This document shows positions 59,626 through 64,000 of a DNA stretch of 64,000 nucleotides, piece after piece (the first letter of the stretch is position 1; each line of letters begins with the position of its first letter). The position numbers and the translations under genes were made by a program. This DNA is from the human T2T-CHM13v2.0 reference genome, Homo sapiens. The DNA lies in the NCBI RefSeq assembly GCF_009914755.1, contig NC_060948.1. The stretch is one strand, 5' to 3'. The notes below the pieces were generated by a model that made no database searches, was not told the DNA's origin, and was given only the letters and a program-made list of their open reading frames with translations.

Positions 59626-61730
59626 AGATCCATATTTTTTAAATGAAAAAAAATTTCAAAGGTACTCTGCTTGGTACAATAATCAAATGTATAAACTGAG
59701 GAATAAAACATAACCATGAAACCTACTTATAACTGCATATGGAAAATACAGAGGATAATTTTTTAAATAACATATTTTGAAAGCCTTAACTAGTAATTTG
59801 AAGAGTTGGCATTTGAAAGGCCAGTATGAATATACCTTCAAAGCAGCAACACAGGTTCCCCATGAGAAAAAGCAAACACAGGGAAAATAAAAACACAAAG
59901 GTTCAATCTCTTCTGACCTTTGAAAGACACAGCACAGACAGTGGTCCTTAGGACGAAGAGCAGGAGACCCCTAATTCCGTCACCATGGCGATAGGGCATA
60001 AACATTGCTGGGTGAGTGCACAATCCACATTGTGAGGTCCAACTGCTGCCAGGAAGACAGGAGTGCTTTTACATAGACCGAAAGGTCATTGAAGGCTCAG
60101 AGTTTTGTTTCAAGAACTGAATCCCAAGCCCACACGTTATTAGGCTGCGCTTCTTAAAACAAGTTATGAGATGGGAAAAAGGGCACCCACAAACATACGT
60201 ATACATTATGTATATAATAATATACAGTATCATATATATAATATATATAACCTATGTATAATATTGTTTTACATCCTGCATCTTATGTTATATATATTGT
60301 ATAAAATATAATAATTGATAATATATAAGTTTTATATTTATACAATATGACATATAATATATATTATAATTTATGACATATATAATATATGTTATATATC
60401 ATATATAGAATATATTATACGGTTAATATACGTATTAAATATAAATTATACATTATATATATTATATATAATATATCTGTTATATATAATAACCATTATG
60501 CATAATATATATATTATGTCTATGTTATATATAGTATAAAACAACATATAATAATATATAATTGTATATGTAAAATGCGACATATAATATATATTATATT
60601 TTATAACATATGTAATATATATTATACATTATATATAATACGTTGTAGGAATAATACCTATATTAAATATATATTATATGACTATGTTATTAATTACATG
60701 TCGCATGTGTTATATATTATATATTTTACATAGAATATACCGGTTGCATACAATATATACTATGTTACCTATAATGTATAATTTATAACATGTAAAATAA
60801 AGAATGCAATATATTATGTATAATTTATAATATACAATATGTGGAATGTGATATATATAACATATAATATATGATATATGATATACAGTATATGATATAT
60901 AACATACAATATATGATTCCTAATATATATGGTATACAATATATATTTTATGATATGTATTCTATACGTTTTATATTCTGTTATATATAACTATTTGAAA
61001 TTATATATAACTGTATAATATTTTATGTAAATATGTAATATAATATATATAACTATATAATATATTATATATAACTATATATTATATTATATATACTTTT
61101 ATAACATAATTTACATAAAATATCATAATATAATATATATTATATTATTTCATATTACATAATACATATTACATATCACCCAATATAACTAACATACATA
61201 ATATTATAATATAGATTATATTGTGTTATATTAAATATCATATATATCATGTATCATATATTCTATAATATATATTACACATTATATAATATGTATGTTG
61301 TCTATTATGTGATATATATAACTATATATATAATTATATTTTTATACATATAACTAGATAAACCTGTAATTCTACATATTTTCATTTATAATATGTAGAA
61401 TTATATAATCATATATAATTATTTATATTCTATAAAAAATTTTATCATTATATAAATTATAATATATAAGAATTATAATATGTACTACAAATATATATAT
61501 TATATATCATATATGCTATAGTTCCTTTGTTATATATCATAATACATATAAATGTGTATTATGTTATCTATAATTATATAATTTCATATATAAGTTGTAT
61601 AATATGTATCATATATTATATATGTTATGTAATATATATAGTATATATAAGATGACACAGGATAAATATTATATACTATGACATATAAAATATATGAGGT
61701 TATATGTTACATATAAGGCATATCACATAA

Positions 61731-62045
<315 letters not shown>

Positions 62046-62615
62046 AGATCCATATTTTTTAAATGAAAAAAAATTTCAAAGGTACTCTGCTTGGTACAAT
62101 AATCAAATGTATAAACTGAGGAATAAAACATAACCATGAAACCTACTTATAACTGCATATGGAAAATACAGAGGATAATTTTTTAAATAACATATTTTGA
62201 AAGCCTTAACTAGTAATTTGAAGAGTTGGCATTTGAAAGGCCAGTATGAATATACCTTCAAAGCAGCAACACAGGTTCCCCATGAGAAAAAGCAAACACA
62301 GGGAAAATAAAAACACAAAGGTTCAATCTCTTCTGACCTTTGAAAGACACAGCACAGACAGTGGTCCTTAGGACGAAGAGCAGGAGACCCCTAATTCCGT
62401 CACCATGGCGATAGGGCATAAACATTGCTGGGTGAGGGCACAATCCACATTGTGAGGTCCAACTGCTGCCAGGAAGACAGGAGTGCTTTTACATAGACCG
62501 AAAGGTCATTGAAGGCTCAGAGTTTTGTTTCAAGAACTGAATCCCAAGCCCACACGTTATTAGGCTGCGCTTCTTAAAACAAGTTATGAGATGGGAAAAA
62601 GGGCACCCACAAACA

Positions 62616-64000
62616 TACGTATACATTATGTATATAATAATATACAGTATCATATATATAATATATATAACCTATGTATAACATTGTTTTACATCCTGCA
62701 TCTTATGTTATATATATTGTATAAAATATAATAATTGATAATATATAAGTTTTATAATTATACAGTAAGACATATAGTATATATTATAATTTATGACATA
62801 TGTAATATATGTTATAAGTCATATATAGAATATATTATACGGTTAATATACGTATTAAATATAAATTATACATTATATATATTATATATAATATATCTGT
62901 TATATATAATACCCATTATGCATAATATATATATTATGTCTATGTTATATATAGTATAAAACAACATATAATAATATATAAATGTATATATAAAATGCGA
63001 CATATAATATATATTATATTTTATAACATATGTAATATATATTATATATTATATATAATATGTTGTATGTATAATACCTATATTAAATATATATTATATG
63101 ACTATGTTATTAATTACATGTCACATGTGTTATATATTATATATTTTACATAGAATATACCGGTTACATACAACATATACTATGTTACCTATAATGTATA
63201 ATTTATTACCTGTAAAATAAAGAATGCAATATATTATGTAAAATTTATAATATACCATATGTGGAATGTCATATATTTAACTTATAATATATGATATATG
63301 ATATACAGTATATGATATATAACATACAATATATGATTCCTAATATATATGGTATACAATATATATTTTATGATATGTATTCTATATGTTTTATATTCTG
63401 TTATATATAACTATTTGAAATTATATATAACTGTATAATATTTTATGTAAATATGTAATATAATATATATAACTATATAATATATTATATATAACTATAT
63501 ATTATGTTATATATACTTTTATAACATAATTTACATAAAATATCATAATATAATATATATTATATTATTTCATATTACATAATATATATTACATATCACC
63601 CAATATAACTAACATACATAATATTATAATATAGATTATATTGTGTTATATTAAATATCATATATATCATGTATCATATATTCTATAATATATATTACAC
63701 ACTATATAATATGTATGTTGTCTATTATGTGATATATATAACTCTATATATGTAATTATATTTTTATACATATAACTAGATAAACATGTAATTCTACATA
63801 TTTTCATTTATAATATGTAGAATTATATAATCATATATAATTATTTATATGCTATAAAAAATTTTATCATTCTATAAATTATAATATATAAAAATTATAA
63901 TATGTACTACAAATATATCTATTATATATCATATATGATATAGTACCTTTGTTATATATCATAATACATATAAATGTGTATTATGTTATCTATAATTATA
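62616..64000. repeat. AT-rich low-complexity block, partial (cut by window end)
   Basis: Same block as in the other units; the array continues past the window. Confidence 0.9.

Overview
The whole 64 kb is one uninterrupted head-to-tail tandem array of a ~2,420-bp composite unit (26 complete Alu-containing cores, ~26.5 units; spacings 2408-2422 bp). Each unit has three parts: a ~1.56-kb extremely AT-rich low-complexity block, a ~292-bp diverged, 5'-truncated Alu on the minus strand, and a ~570-bp moderately GC-richer segment. The architecture, unit length and predicted ~2.15-kb HaeIII fragment match human DYZ2 (HSat1B; AT-rich + Alu + HSATI), the classical Yq12 heterochromatin repeat. Related arrays on acrocentric short arms cannot be excluded from sequence alone. 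I find no credible protein-coding gene, RNA gene, CRISPR array or new enzymatic system; the ORF track reports the same short, mostly TTG-started, spurious frames once per unit. The interesting signal is the variant structure between units: a 4,842-bp dimeric higher-order repeat (14-32 kb), a 5-unit (~12.09 kb) periodicity plus a 4,840-bp dimer (33-64 kb), chimeric units, a haplotype shared by units 14 copies apart, a more divergent clade at the left edge that retains ancestral Alu bases, and a transversion-rich variant spectrum. All variant calls were read by eye.
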